Origin: Mizuhopecten yessoensis
Lineage: Eukaryota
Length of the DNA stretch: 64,000 nt
Direction: 5' to 3'
NCBI RefSeq assembly: GCF_002113885.1
Contig: NW_018407439.1
Coordinates: 58,638-122,637 of the forward strand
Part shown: positions 63,434 to 64,000 of the stretch, one piece after another
How positions within the stretch are numbered: the stretch's first letter is position 1
Layout: each line of letters begins with the position of its first letter
The notes under the pieces: generated by a model
What the model saw: only the letters and a program-made list of their open reading frames with translations
Database searches by the model: none
Told to the model about the DNA's origin: nothing
Translations under genes and position numbers: made by a program

Positions 63434-64000
63434 TATAGACCCCCAGATAAGGATATAGACCCACCAGATAAGGATATAGACCCACCAGATAAGGATATAG
63501 ACCCACTAGATAAGGTACAGGGCTGTCGATTTAGACCCACCAGATAAGGTACAGGGCTGTCAATATAGACCCCCAGATAAGGATATAGACCCCCAGATAT
63601 GGTACAGGGCTGTCAATATAGACCCCCAGATATGGTACAGGGATGTCAATATAGACCCCCAGATAAGGGAAAGGGCTGTCGAGAAAGACCCCCAGATAAG
63701 GATATAGACCCACCAGATAAGGTACAGGGCTGTCAATATAGACCCCCAGATAAGGATATAGACCCCCAGATATGGTACAGGGCTGTCAATATAGACCCCC
63801 AGATACGGTACAGGGCTGTCAATATAGACCCCCAGATAAGGGAAAGGGCTGTCGATATAGACCCCCAGATAAGGATATAGACCCACCAGATAAGGTACAG
63901 GGCTGTCAATATAGACCACCAGATAAGGATATAGACCCACTAGATAAGGTACAGGGCTGTCAATATAGACCCCCAGATAAGGTACAGGGCTGTTAATATA
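63434..64000. repeat. Compound 20/21-bp + 33-bp minisatellite running off the window end
   Basis: ATAGACCC(A/C)CCAGATAAGGAT interleaved with ATAGACCCCCAGATAAGGTACAGGGCTGTCAAT. Confidence 0.95.

Noticed and set aside
63434-64000. Shared AGGGCTGTCA and 33-bp period with the 40.9-43.6 kb array
   Set aside because: Only a 10-mer is shared and the rest of the units do not align, so common origin is unsupported.

Overview
AT-rich animal genomic DNA. The repeat repertoire (Helentron-type HINEs, tRNA-derived V-domain-like SINEs, Harbinger MITEs) points to a bivalve mollusc; this is inferred. The only recognisable protein-coding gene is IBTK (inhibitor of Bruton tyrosine kinase; ankyrin, RCC1 and two BTB domains; CUL3 adaptor) on the minus strand. 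I assembled it by hand into 24 phase-consistent GT-AG coding exons from ATG 21459 to TAA 7628 (4152 nt, 1383 aa). Its 5' leader carries several short uORFs plus one that overlaps the CDS out of frame, an ATF4-like layout. One linker of the gene has a candidate 24-nt microexon and a duplicated splice donor. From 23 to 64 kb no protein can be recognised. That stretch holds one orphan plus-strand first-exon candidate (ending 36572), more than ten unrelated tandem arrays (periods 14-80 bp), HINE elements carrying 156-bp internal arrays, SINEs, and a truncated LINE tail with a target-site duplication that shares its 3' end with a local SINE. Most long ORFs in the supplied track are repeat read-through or antisense shadows.
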